DNA of 40,058 nucleotides from Planctomycetota bacterium (GTDB lineage: Bacteria; Planctomycetota; UBA8108; UBA1146). The stretch is taken from the NCBI GenBank assembly GCA_015664425.1, contig DQQH01000181.1, forward strand, positions 1 through 40,058. Direction: 5' to 3'. Within the stretch, counting starts at the first letter, position 1, and each line of letters opens with the position of its first letter. This document shows positions 14,875-23,117 of this stretch, piece after piece. The position numbers and the translations under genes are program-made. The notes below the pieces were generated by a model. The model saw only the letters and a program-made list of their open reading frames with translations. It ran no database searches and had not been told where the DNA came from.

Positions 14875-16473
14875 ATGCCCTCTTGCCACCGATACCGGGA
14901 GTGGTGCTTCGCTCTGCTGCTCCTTCTCCTCACTCCCCTCGCTCTGAGGGGCCAGGCCCCCGATCGTTTTTTCATCTGCGACCCAACCCGTGATCACATC
15001 GTCACCTTGCGTGACGTCGATGGCGACGGTGAGTTCAACAGTCCAGGGGAATCCTCGATCTATTACTCCGATCTCTCATCGGGCCCCAACCTCTCTGTCC
15101 CTGTCGGGCTCAACCCCTTCAAGGGTGGTCTCTTGCTCCTGGATGGCGGCACCCTCGACTCGATCCTGTGGCTTCGGGATCTCGACGGCGACCAGACGGC
15201 AAATAGCGAAGATGAGTGGCAGATCTTCTATGACAACTCCTCACCTGGACCCGACCTTGTTGTTCCAAGAGCGATAACTGTGGCTTCCAACGGGGAAATC
15301 TTCATCGCTGACGAAGGTTCCGCCGCACGAAGAGTGCTCCGCCTCTTCGACAGCAACGACGACGGTGACGCGCTCGACAGCGGTGAATCGGTGATCTATT
15401 TCGATTCGGAGTCCTTCTCCCCATCGGTCCCGATCTCAGAGCCGATTTCCATCGCTGTGGGGGGGGACGGATCCGTCTACGTCGGTGACTCATTTCACAA
15501 TTGGGTCTTCCGCTGCAACGACTTCGACGGGGATGGCACCGCCAATGGTGAGGAGGAGTGCGCCGTTTTCTATTCCCCACCCACAAACCTGGCCTTCGAT
15601 CAATTCGATGCCCTCAGCATCGATCATCTTGGCAGACTTGTGATCGTCGATGGCCCATCGGGGTCGGTGCTGATATGTGAAGATTTCAATGGCGATGGAG
15701 ATGGGATGGACCCTGGGGAGTCGATTCTCATCGTTGACGGTGCCGCCGTCGACAGTCAAATCGCCGACCCACGGGCGATCCTGCCGATCTCGCCGGGTCA
15801 ATTCCTGCTCGGAGACAGTGCCCTCGATGGACTCTACAGAATCGAGGATCTCGACGGTGACGGCACCATCTCCGGGGCACTCGAACAACTCGTTGTCTTC
15901 GATGATGACGGGGTTTCGATGCCAAACCCCACCGGTCTGGCACTTCTTCCGGGGACTGAAATCACCGCTGTCGAGCCAGCGATTCTCGATGCCCTCGGTG
16001 GAGAGACACTCTCCATCACCGGCCACGGCTGGGCTGAGGGTGAAGTGGTCGCCATCGAAATCGGCCCCCTCTCCCTGACCGGGACAGCGATCTCCTCGAG
16101 CCTGTTGGATGTTGTCTTGCCTCCGGGAACTCCTGGCCATTTCGATGTGTCGGTGATCGCCTCTGGGGGCACGGCAATCCTCCCCGATGGCCTGGAACTG
16201 GCCTATCGAATCCTCCGGGGTGATGTGGACGGTGACTCCAGCACTGCTCTGAACGACGGCATCCTCATCATTTCATATCTCGTCGGGATCTCGGCAGAAC
16301 CCATCACCTGCCTCGATACCGCGGATGTCAACGATGATGGAAGCGTCGACCTCAGCGATGTCATCCATCTCCTCTCCTATCTCTTTATCGGTGGTGATCT
16401 CCCGGTGCCCCCGTTCCCCTCGGCAGGCTTCGATCCCACATCGGGGGTTCCTGGCTGCGACTTTCCAGCCTGA
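14875..16473 (+). CDS. secreted protein: six DxDGDG-containing repeats (probable 6-bladed propeller), IPT/TIG domain, C-terminal dockerin-like domain
   Basis: Signal peptide CFALLLLLLTPLALRGQA. There are six ~50-aa repeats, each with an h-h-R/C-x-D-h-D/N-G-D-G/x loop (RDVDGDGEF, RDLDGDQTA, FDSNDDGDA, NDFDGDGTA, EDFNGDGDG, EDLDGDGTI). An IPT-like segment reads ITAVEPAILDALGGETLSITGHGW...FDVSVIASGG. The dockerin-type duplicated Ca loops are GDVDGDSSTALNDGILIISYL and DVNDDGSVDLSDVIHLLSYL. Confidence 0.75.
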   Translation: MPSCHRYREWCFALLLLLLTPLALRGQAPDRFFICDPTRDHIVTLRDVDGDGEFNSPGESSIYYSDLSSGPNLSVPVGLNPFKGGLLLLDGGTLDSILWLRDLDGDQTANSEDEWQIFYDNSSPGPDLVVPRAITVASNGEIFIADEGSAARRVLRLFDSNDDGDALDSGESVIYFDSESFSPSVPISEPISIAVGGDGSVYVGDSFHNWVFRCNDFDGDGTANGEEECAVFYSPPTNLAFDQFDALSIDHLGRLVIVDGPSGSVLICEDFNGDGDGMDPGESILIVDGAAVDSQIADPRAILPISPGQFLLGDSALDGLYRIEDLDGDGTISGALEQLVVFDDDGVSMPNPTGLALLPGTEITAVEPAILDALGGETLSITGHGWAEGEVVAIEIGPLSLTGTAISSSLLDVVLPPGTPGHFDVSVIASGGTAILPDGLELAYRILRGDVDGDSSTALNDGILIISYLVGISAEPITCLDTADVNDDGSVDLSDVIHLLSYLFIGGDLPVPPFPSAGFDPTSGVPGCDFPA

Positions 16474-16514
16474 TTGCGATATCCGGGTAGACCTGGCGCA
16501 CGATGAATTGAACT

Positions 16515-16541
16515 CCGGGGAGTCGCATTGCGACTCCCCGG
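16515..16541. terminator. perfect 12-bp palindromic hairpin between convergent genes (possible bidirectional terminator)
   Basis: CCGGGGAGTCGC-ATT-GCGACTCCCCGG lies 42 nt after the stop of the dockerin protein gene and 31 nt after the rpoN stop. No clear U-tract. Confidence 0.4.
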
Positions 16542-16571
16542 ATCGATGTTACAGAGATGGCAGGGGCTGCC

Positions 16572-17975
16572 TTACTTGAAGCGCTTGCGCAACCGCGCCT
16601 GGGGAATGCCTGCTCTTTCCCGGTACTTGGAGACTGTCCGGCGGGCAATTTCGATTCCCCGGGCCTGGAGTTTCCGAGCCAGCTGATTGTCGCTGAGGGG
16701 ATACCTGGAATCCTCTTCTCCGACGATCTCTTCGATCACCGTACAGACGTTCTCACGCGATTCGATCCCGCCGTCGGCCCTCTCGACACCCCCGGTGAAG
16801 AAGCGGCGCAATTCGAAAGCGCCAAAGGGAGTTTGAATGTATTTGCCGTTGGCGGCTCGACTGACCGTCGAGATGTTGACCCCAGTCTGGTCGGCGATCA
16901 CCTGCATCGTCAGTGCCCGAAGGTGACCAGGGCCCCTGACGAAATATTCTTTCTGGTGGTCGACGACCGCCTGGGCGATGTCGCGAAGTGTCCTGTGACG
17001 TTGGTCCAGCGCATGGATGAGCCAGCGGGCGCTCTCGACCTTCTTGCGCACGAAATCGAGGACACCCGCCGACTGCCCTTCTTCCTTGAGTAACGCCACG
17101 CAAACCGGGGAGATTCTCACTTCCGGGACCCGCTCTTCCAGCAGACGGACAACGAGTTTTCCCTCGATCTCCTCGAGTTCCAGTTCTGGAACCACTAGAC
17201 CACCGTCGTCATCGGAAAATGATGCTCCCGGTGATGGGTCGAGTTGACGGATCAGATCGCAAGCTTCCTGAAGTTCATCAAGAGAGATTTTCAACGCCGA
17301 GGCGATCCGTGGCAGGTGATTTTCCATGAAGGCACCGAGATGGTCGCTGATGACCCGGTACTCCGTCGCGTCGCAATCCCCCTTGAGCTGGAGCAAGAGG
17401 CAATCTCTGAGATCGCGAGCGCCAACACCTGGAGGATCGAGGGCCTGAACGATGGCGAGGCAGCGCTCTGCATTTTCCACCGAGACTCCAAGGGATTGTG
17501 CAAGGTCAGGGAGATCCCCAATCAGGTAGCCACGGCGATCAAGATTCCCGCAGATCGCCTCTGAGATGGTGCGAAGTTCCGAATCGAGGTCGACGAAACC
17601 GAGCTGGCGAAGGAGGAACTCTTCGAGGGTTTCAGAGCGACTGGCGTGATTGAGAAGCGCCTCTTGCTTGGCGTCGCTCGCGGCGTAATCAAGACCCTTT
17701 TTCCCGCTGATTTCTCCACGCTCATAGCGTTCGACGATCTCGAGAAGTCGTTGGACCTCGGGATCGACTTCTCTCTCCTGGTCCGGGCTTTCGGTGGCTT
17801 CCTCTTCTACAGCTGGACTCGGTTCGATCACCTCGAGAGCTGGGTTTTCCAGGAATTCTTTTTGAATCCTGGCTTCCAGGTCGAGGGAGTTGAGCTGCAA
17901 GATGTTCATCGAGAGGATCAGCTGTGGTGCGAGGATCTGATGTTGATCCAGGCGTGCGGTGATATTGAGGCGCAA
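16572..17975 (-). CDS. rpoN: RNA polymerase sigma-54 factor RpoN
   Basis: The N-terminal region I pattern (RLNITARLDQHQILAPQLILSMNILQLNSLDLEARIQKEFLENPALE) aligns with [28 protein letters not shown].... The core-binding region is present, as is the C-terminal RpoN box (IEIARRTVSKYRERAGIP). I prefer TTG 17975, preceded by GGAGGAGAGGGAGA. The track start TTG 18035 adds 20 non-conserved residues. Confidence 0.9.
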   Translation of the reverse strand: MRLNITARLDQHQILAPQLILSMNILQLNSLDLEARIQKEFLENPALEVIEPSPAVEEEATESPDQEREVDPEVQRLLEIVERYERGEISGKKGLDYAASDAKQEALLNHASRSETLEEFLLRQLGFVDLDSELRTISEAICGNLDRRGYLIGDLPDLAQSLGVSVENAERCLAIVQALDPPGVGARDLRDCLLLQLKGDCDATEYRVISDHLGAFMENHLPRIASALKISLDELQEACDLIRQLDPSPGASFSDDDGGLVVPELELEEIEGKLVVRLLEERVPEVRISPVCVALLKEEGQSAGVLDFVRKKVESARWLIHALDQRHRTLRDIAQAVVDHQKEYFVRGPGHLRALTMQVIADQTGVNISTVSRAANGKYIQTPFGAFELRRFFTGGVERADGGIESRENVCTVIEEIVGEEDSRYPLSDNQLARKLQARGIEIARRTVSKYRERAGIPQARLRKRFK

Positions 17976-18367
17976 CGGTCTCCCTCTCCTCCAGCCTATT
18001 GGAGGTGGATTGCTGGTCGGTGAAGACCAGGGCAACGATTTCGGGAGCGAGAGACGTGGTGTGGGTGGAGGAACTCACCAGGTGAGCTCCCTCTCGCTGG
18101 AGGACCCCGGTTTCCGAGCCGAGGCCCACGGCCATCCCTCCGGACCCGGAGGGCCTGGAGAAAACGGTTCCATTGACATTTTTGCACTCACTGGAGGGAG
18201 CGGAGCTGACACCAACCAATGGCGTCTGGTGCGAGCTTGCCACAGCCAGGAGAGGACAGCAGGATCACGGTTAGACGGTGCCCTGGCCCCCATTGGAGGC
18301 GGTGGAATTCCTCCCACCACTGACCTCTCGATGAAGCATACCCCGTCCCCTCGAGGAGCGTCAAACC

Positions 18368-18383
18368 AGCCGATTACGTGCCA
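18368..18383 (-). promoter_or_regulatory. candidate sigma-54 (-24/-12) promoter in the rpoN upstream spacer
   Basis: The minus strand reads TGGCACG-TAAT-CGGCT. The -24 heptamer is perfect, the GG-to-GC spacing is correct and the -12 element is weaker. It would give a ~320-380 nt leader before rpoN. Confidence 0.25.
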
Positions 18384-18499
18384 CTTCCTGCCGATCGGGA
18401 GTAGGGAAATCTGCCCAGCACCTCTTCCCGTATCGGCGAGGGAGATGCCAGATTCGGGTCAAGATTGGCGAATAAGGGCCGGTCTCTCGGCTGATGCCC

Positions 18500-18814
18500 C
18501 TACTGGGGATCGATGGGAAGTTGCTCGAAGAGACCGATGGGCTCGAGCAACGATTCAAGTTCCGGGGGCGGCGAAACCAGTCTCAGACGGCGACCCCGAT
18601 CGGCGGCTTCCTGAGCGAGGCTGACCAGGCCGAGCGCCCCTGGGAGATCGACACGGGTCACCCCCTGCAGTCCCACCTCGACCTCCAGATCCTCACCCGA
18701 GAAGAGGGGCAGGAGGGAGTCGAGCAGATCTTCGACCGTGCCCACATCGAGGGGACCACGAAGTTCGAACACTTCTGAAGATCCCTGTCTCTGACGGACC
18801 ACGTGTAACGTCAT
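18500..18814 (-). CDS. STAS-domain protein (anti-sigma-factor-antagonist fold)
   Basis: The track ORF (18500..19033) overlaps the upstream gene. The ATG at 18814 is preceded by GGAG and gives a 104-aa protein. The sequence MTLHVVRQRQGSSEVFELRGPLDVGTVEDL...VTRVDLPGALGLVSLAQEAADRGRRLRLVSPPPELESLLEPIGLFEQL fits the SpoIIAA/RsbV pattern, except that DSSG is replaced by DLPG. Confidence 0.8.
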   Translation of the reverse strand: MTLHVVRQRQGSSEVFELRGPLDVGTVEDLLDSLLPLFSGEDLEVEVGLQGVTRVDLPGALGLVSLAQEAADRGRRLRLVSPPPELESLLEPIGLFEQLPIDPQ

Positions 18815-18827
18815 CAGGTTTGACTCC

Positions 18828-20549
18828 TTAACTCCTGGAATCCTGGAGGCGACGAATGACCAGCATCGAGACGTCATCGGAGGGCTCTGCCCCTTTGACA
18901 TGCCGGCGAAGGTCCTCGACCACCGCATCGACGATCGACTGGGCGCTTGAACCGGAGGTTCCACGCAGAACTTCGACAAAACGAGCTGTGGTGTACTCGT
19001 TTTCCTGGGGATCCATCGCCTCGATGACCCCATCGGTGTAGAGAATCAAAGCATCACCTGGTGACAATTCCAGCCGCTGCACTTTGAGGTTGCTACAGAA
19101 GAGATCACCGGGATCAATCCCCAGGGCAATCCCATCGGGCTGCAAGGCACCCACCTGATCACCCTGAACAAGGAGAGGAGGGTTGTGTCCCGCTCTCGCA
19201 ACTGAGATCTGAGCGAGCGCTGGATCGAGTTCTGCGTAGGCCAGGGTGACGAACATTCCCCGGGTCATGTCTCTGGACAGACTTTCGTTGACGATGGTGA
19301 GCAGATCATTCACGCCAGACTGGGTTCGTGCAGCCATCCGAACGAGGCCCCTCGTCATCGTCATGACGAGGCTTCCAGGGATTCCCTTCCCTGATACGTC
19401 GGCGACGACCATGCCAAATCGCCCACCGGAAAGGGGAATCACGTCGTAGTAGTCCCCCCCGACCTCCTTCGCTGGAAGATAATGACACGCCATCTCGAAA
19501 CCGGCGATCTCGGGGAGTTTTTCTGGCAGAAGAGCAGACTGGATCCGGTTTGCGATCGACAGTTCCCTTTCCAGAGCCTGCCTCTCGACTTCACGCTCCT
19601 GAGCCTCCGACAGATTCTGGGTCATTCGGTTGAATGCGTGGGCAAGCATGCCGAGTTCGTCGGAAGTTCGTACCTGAGACTGATGGGAGAGATCTCCATG
19701 GGCAACCATCGCCATGTCCTGCTTGAGAGCCCTCACTGGGCGGGTAAGGAAAAAACCGACGAAAAGCGCCAGAGGAAGCCCGACAAAAAGTGCAGCGAGG
19801 ACGGTACCGATCGTCGTGCTGGAGAGGTCCTTCTCGAGCCTCTCGATCCCGGCTGCAGAGAGGAAGACCCGGATCGTTCCACGAACCGTATCCCCATCTA
19901 GGATCGAGCGCTGATAGGATCTCACCGGTTGAGAAACTCCACCGGAAGCAATCGTCCCGGTCCGGATCACGACTCCCGATTCTCTTGCAAGATCGACTGC
20001 AATGGTGCGCTCGGACTGGAGTCGGATCTTGTCCCCTTCCTGAGCGCTGGCGATGAAACGGTTTCCACTCGCATCGAGGACAAGAACATCGAGAACACCC
20101 TTCGAACCCGGATCAGCGACGAAACTGCGAAGGCGATTCTCGAGATTCTTTTGAGCCACGAGTTTTTCGGCATCTGGCAGATCTGTGTCTTCCCAGAAGG
20201 GTTCCGTCGAAACCGCCAGGAGAAGCGCCATCTGGATACCGCTGCGGTCGATCTGCTGGGTAGTGGCATCGACAGAGAGATCGTAGGAAGCGCGACCAAC
20301 CCAGACGAGAAAGGTGATGAGAAGCACAGCAGTGACAATTGAGTACTTGGCAGCGATGGGGAGAATTTGTTTCGGGGGCCGCTCCCGAAACTTGTTCCGA
20401 GGGGAGAATCGTGCTTGACGTGAAGCCGCCAGGTGGCGCTGGCCCGGTGATGGAGAACCCGAAACGGGAACGCTCAATGCAACTCTCACTTGCCGACGTG
20501 GCTGACACCCTGAGATCTTGGCCCATCCCACAGAAGGTCTCGGGACCAC
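18828..20549 (-). CDS. membrane sensor PP2C-type phosphatase (RsbU/SpoIIE family) with HAMP domain
   Basis: Layout is TM (YSIVTAVLLITFLVWVG), a ~150-aa extracytoplasmic region, TM (IGTVLAALFVGLPLALFVGFFL), HAMP (RPVRALKQDMAMVAHGDLSHQ...SDELGMLAHAFNRM) and a SpoIIE/PP2C domain (EVGGDYYDV, VVADVSGKGIPGS, LYTDGVIEA, SDDVSMLVIR). The exact start is uncertain because several in-frame GTG/TTG codons lie in the first 25 codons. Confidence 0.85.
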   Translation of the reverse strand: MVPRPSVGWAKISGCQPRRQVRVALSVPVSGSPSPGQRHLAASRQARFSPRNKFRERPPKQILPIAAKYSIVTAVLLITFLVWVGRASYDLSVDATTQQIDRSGIQMALLLAVSTEPFWEDTDLPDAEKLVAQKNLENRLRSFVADPGSKGVLDVLVLDASGNRFIASAQEGDKIRLQSERTIAVDLARESGVVIRTGTIASGGVSQPVRSYQRSILDGDTVRGTIRVFLSAAGIERLEKDLSSTTIGTVLAALFVGLPLALFVGFFLTRPVRALKQDMAMVAHGDLSHQSQVRTSDELGMLAHAFNRMTQNLSEAQEREVERQALERELSIANRIQSALLPEKLPEIAGFEMACHYLPAKEVGGDYYDVIPLSGGRFGMVVADVSGKGIPGSLVMTMTRGLVRMAARTQSGVNDLLTIVNESLSRDMTRGMFVTLAYAELDPALAQISVARAGHNPPLLVQGDQVGALQPDGIALGIDPGDLFCSNLKVQRLELSPGDALILYTDGVIEAMDPQENEYTTARFVEVLRGTSGSSAQSIVDAVVEDLRRHVKGAEPSDDVSMLVIRRLQDSRS

Positions 20550-20595
20550 TTGCTCGCCAGGGGCGGCTCACTTACGGTAGCGTGCTCCGTTCGAT

Positions 20596-21918
20596 TTGCC
20601 AGAGCGAGCACACGAATCGTCACTGACTCCTGGCTCACGAGAGGATTTGTTGAGCTCCCCCAATCCCTCCTCCGGGACTCCGTCAGTCGTCCTCGTAATC
20701 GCACTCTGCCGCTTTGGCGAGGCGATCGCGATCGGAATGCTGATCCCGGTCCTGCCGATTTTTCTCGAGACGCTTCAGACCCCCTATCTCGAGGATGTGG
20801 TGAGGTCGATCACCCCCTCGTTCCCTTTCCTGGGAAAGGTCCTCGAAGGGCTCGTGGAGGGGACGGCAGAGGCTCGCACCGCCCTCCTCTTTTGCCTCTC
20901 GGGGCTGGCGATGGCCCTGATCCAGATCGTCTCCGGGCGGGTCTCTGACTGGCTCGACCTGAGAAAGTCATTGATTCTCACCGGGATGGGGCTGGCAGCT
21001 CTCGGCTCCCTCTATCTGACCTTCCTGACCGATTACTGGCAGCTGGTCGTCACTCGAATCCTCCAGGGGATGGCCCTGGGAATGACCTTCCCTCCGATGA
21101 TGGCGATCATCGCCCGCCACTCCCCTCGGGGGGCAGGAGGAAGACTTCTCGGCCTATACTCGACGATTCGACTCCTCGGGTTTTCCCTCGGCCCGGTGAT
21201 CGGTGGGCTTGTGACAGGGATAGGTGGGTACCGGACCACCTTCCAGACGTCAGCAATCCTGCTGGTGATCTCTGTCGTTGCGGTGATGCTCTTCGTCGAC
21301 GACCCTCCAGAGAGGCGAAGGGAACAGAAGAACACGGGCGACCTCCCCCGGGTCCAGCCGATGTTCCGGATCCTCGGCAGCGGAATCTTCATCATGATGG
21401 TCGGTATCAGCGCGGTGATCTCCCTCTTCCCGTGGTACCGGAGAGAATTCGGAGCGACAGAAGCAGAGCTGGGCTTCATCTTCAGCGCATTCATCTTCAC
21501 TCGCGGCCTCTGCCAGTATCCTCTCGGGTGGCTGGGAGACCGTTTCGACAAGAAGAAGGTCCTGATGATGGGCCTCTGCGCTTACATCCCCCTGGTCCTG
21601 CTCCAGGGGCACATCTCTTCCCTGTCGGAACTGCTCTTTCTGAGGATCGGTCTCGGGGTTGTGGTCGCTGCCATTGGAATCTCCGTCAACGGAATCTCTG
21701 CCGAACGGAGCGTGGCGGGAAACCGGGCGCGAGTGATGGGGATCAACACCTTCTCGTTCAGCCTCGGAGTCGCTATCGGCCCCCTCCTGACCGGGCTGGT
21801 CAACAATCAAAAAATCGCCTTTGCGATCCCTGGCGGCCTGGCTCTGTTGGTGCTCCTCCTCGTCGCCTTCCTGGTCCCCTCCGACCCTGTAGTCGATCGC
21901 GAAGGCAACATCAGGTGA
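20596..21918 (+). CDS. MFS transporter
   Basis: It has about 12 predicted hydrophobic helices. The MFS signature loop GRVSDWLDLRK follows TM2, and a second-half repeat GWLGDRFDKKK is present. The start is uncertain (TTG 20596 or a downstream GTG). Confidence 0.8.
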   Translation: MPERAHESSLTPGSREDLLSSPNPSSGTPSVVLVIALCRFGEAIAIGMLIPVLPIFLETLQTPYLEDVVRSITPSFPFLGKVLEGLVEGTAEARTALLFCLSGLAMALIQIVSGRVSDWLDLRKSLILTGMGLAALGSLYLTFLTDYWQLVVTRILQGMALGMTFPPMMAIIARHSPRGAGGRLLGLYSTIRLLGFSLGPVIGGLVTGIGGYRTTFQTSAILLVISVVAVMLFVDDPPERRREQKNTGDLPRVQPMFRILGSGIFIMMVGISAVISLFPWYRREFGATEAELGFIFSAFIFTRGLCQYPLGWLGDRFDKKKVLMMGLCAYIPLVLLQGHISSLSELLFLRIGLGVVVAAIGISVNGISAERSVAGNRARVMGINTFSFSLGVAIGPLLTGLVNNQKIAFAIPGGLALLVLLLVAFLVPSDPVVDREGNIR

Positions 21919-21922
21919 TCTT

Positions 21923-22411
21923 CTAACTCGCCACTTGGTCGGCGAACAAGGTCCACCCTCCCCACAGCGTCAGCCCCGCCAACGCTCCCGCTGCCAGGTC
22001 ATCAAGGAGAACTCCCCAACCATCAGGGAACCCTTCGAGGAGTTTGATCCCGAACGGTTTCAGGACATCGAATGCCCTGAAGAGCAAGAATGCACAGATG
22101 AAGGGAACCGGTCCCCCGCCCACGAGAGGAAGAAAGGAGAGAGCAAGCCACTGCCCTGCAACTTCATCGATGACGATGGCACCAGGATCCTTTCCGCCGA
22201 ATATCGGCTCGATCCTCTTGCCCATTAGCACCAATAATGCCGAAGCGATGAGTGCCAAACTGGGGAACAGGTAAGGACCCTGAACCATGCCATACAGAAG
22301 GGCTCCGATGGCGATGGCAGCGAGTGAACCGCAGGTTCCTGGCGCAAACGGTGAGGCGCCGCAGCCACCGAATGTGAGAACCCACCAGGTAACTCGGTCG
22401 GGGCGGTTCAA
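21923..22411 (-). CDS. pgpA: phosphatidylglycerophosphatase A
   Basis: The FGGCGASPFAPGTCGSLAAI and KDPGAIVIDEVAGQWLAL motifs are typical of PgpA. A 4-nt overlap joins it to pgsA upstream. Confidence 0.85.
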   Translation of the reverse strand: MNRPDRVTWWVLTFGGCGASPFAPGTCGSLAAIAIGALLYGMVQGPYLFPSLALIASALLVLMGKRIEPIFGGKDPGAIVIDEVAGQWLALSFLPLVGGGPVPFICAFLLFRAFDVLKPFGIKLLEGFPDGWGVLLDDLAAGALAGLTLWGGWTLFADQVAS

Positions 22412-23067
22412 CGGACCTGCTCCCGCCCCTCGACGGTCTTCGACGACTGATCCTCTGGGAGATTATTGAGGGAGCCGAGGGCGACCGAAACGTAATCCCA
22501 CGCTGACTGGATCGTCGCCAGCAAGGTCATCACCACCATCAGCCAGCAGAAGTTCCGAACGAGATCAGCATAGGGGAGCGCGTTTTCTCCCGTAAAGTTC
22601 GCCTGGTAGACAAGGACCAAAGGCACAAGGATCGACTGAAGGATCATCTTGATCTTGCCGCCCCAGCGAGCACCGAATGGCGTTCCACGGCTCTCGATGA
22701 ACGCCCGCAGCCCACTGACAAGAAATTCGCGAGCAACCAGCGTCGCGACAAACCAGGGACGGATCAGATCTGGCGTCAGATGAACCAGGTAGATAAGGGA
22801 TCCACAGACCACCACCTTGTCGACGAAAGGATCGGCGATCCTTCCGAATGCCGTGACCAGTCCGTATTTTCTCGCCAGGTGACCATCGAGCCAGTCGGTG
22901 GCCACGCAGAGGATGAAAATCATCGCAGCCAGGTTCAGTACCAGGGGCCGATCCCCTGTACCCCCCGTGATCTCGATGGAGAGCAAGATGAAGAGGAACA
23001 CCGCGATCAACAGTCGGGCGAAGGTGATCTTGTTGGGAAGATTGAGCCAGTTCTCTTTAGAGGTCAC
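22408..23067 (-). CDS. pgsA: CDP-diacylglycerol--glycerol-3-phosphate 3-phosphatidyltransferase
   Basis: The CDP-alcohol phosphatidyltransferase motif is DWLDGHLARKYGLVTAFGRIADPFVDK. The N-terminus is LPNKITFARLL, and there are multiple TM helices. Confidence 0.9.
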   Translation of the reverse strand: MTSKENWLNLPNKITFARLLIAVFLFILLSIEITGGTGDRPLVLNLAAMIFILCVATDWLDGHLARKYGLVTAFGRIADPFVDKVVVCGSLIYLVHLTPDLIRPWFVATLVAREFLVSGLRAFIESRGTPFGARWGGKIKMILQSILVPLVLVYQANFTGENALPYADLVRNFCWLMVVMTLLATIQSAWDYVSVALGSLNNLPEDQSSKTVEGREQVR

Positions 23068-23117
23068 CCCATACCTCCGATGATCCGCCTTCGAGGCTGT
23101 CGGTTCTCCTGTCGAAG

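Noticed and set aside
15490-16140. 216-aa minus-strand ORF
   Set aside because: It is antisense to the DxDGDG-repeat protein gene, whose six-fold internal repeat structure supports the plus frame.
18036-18499. Possible RNase P RNA, tmRNA, SRP RNA or tRNA(-Sec) in the long spacer
   Set aside because: I could not find the diagnostic sequences on either strand. These are GGAAAGUCCGG and ACAGAACCCGGCUUA for RNase P, a GGUUCGAAUCC-type T-loop with a CCA-proximal acceptor for tmRNA or tRNA, and a GNRA-capped helix-8 motif for SRP. The GGTGGAATTCCTCCCACCA segment only superficially resembles a tRNA-like 3' end.
17959-18624. 221-aa plus-strand ORF spanning the rpoN upstream spacer
   Set aside because: It has Gly/Pro/Arg/Ser-rich composition and overlaps both the rpoN 5' end and the STAS 3' end in antisense. 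I treat the region as non-coding.
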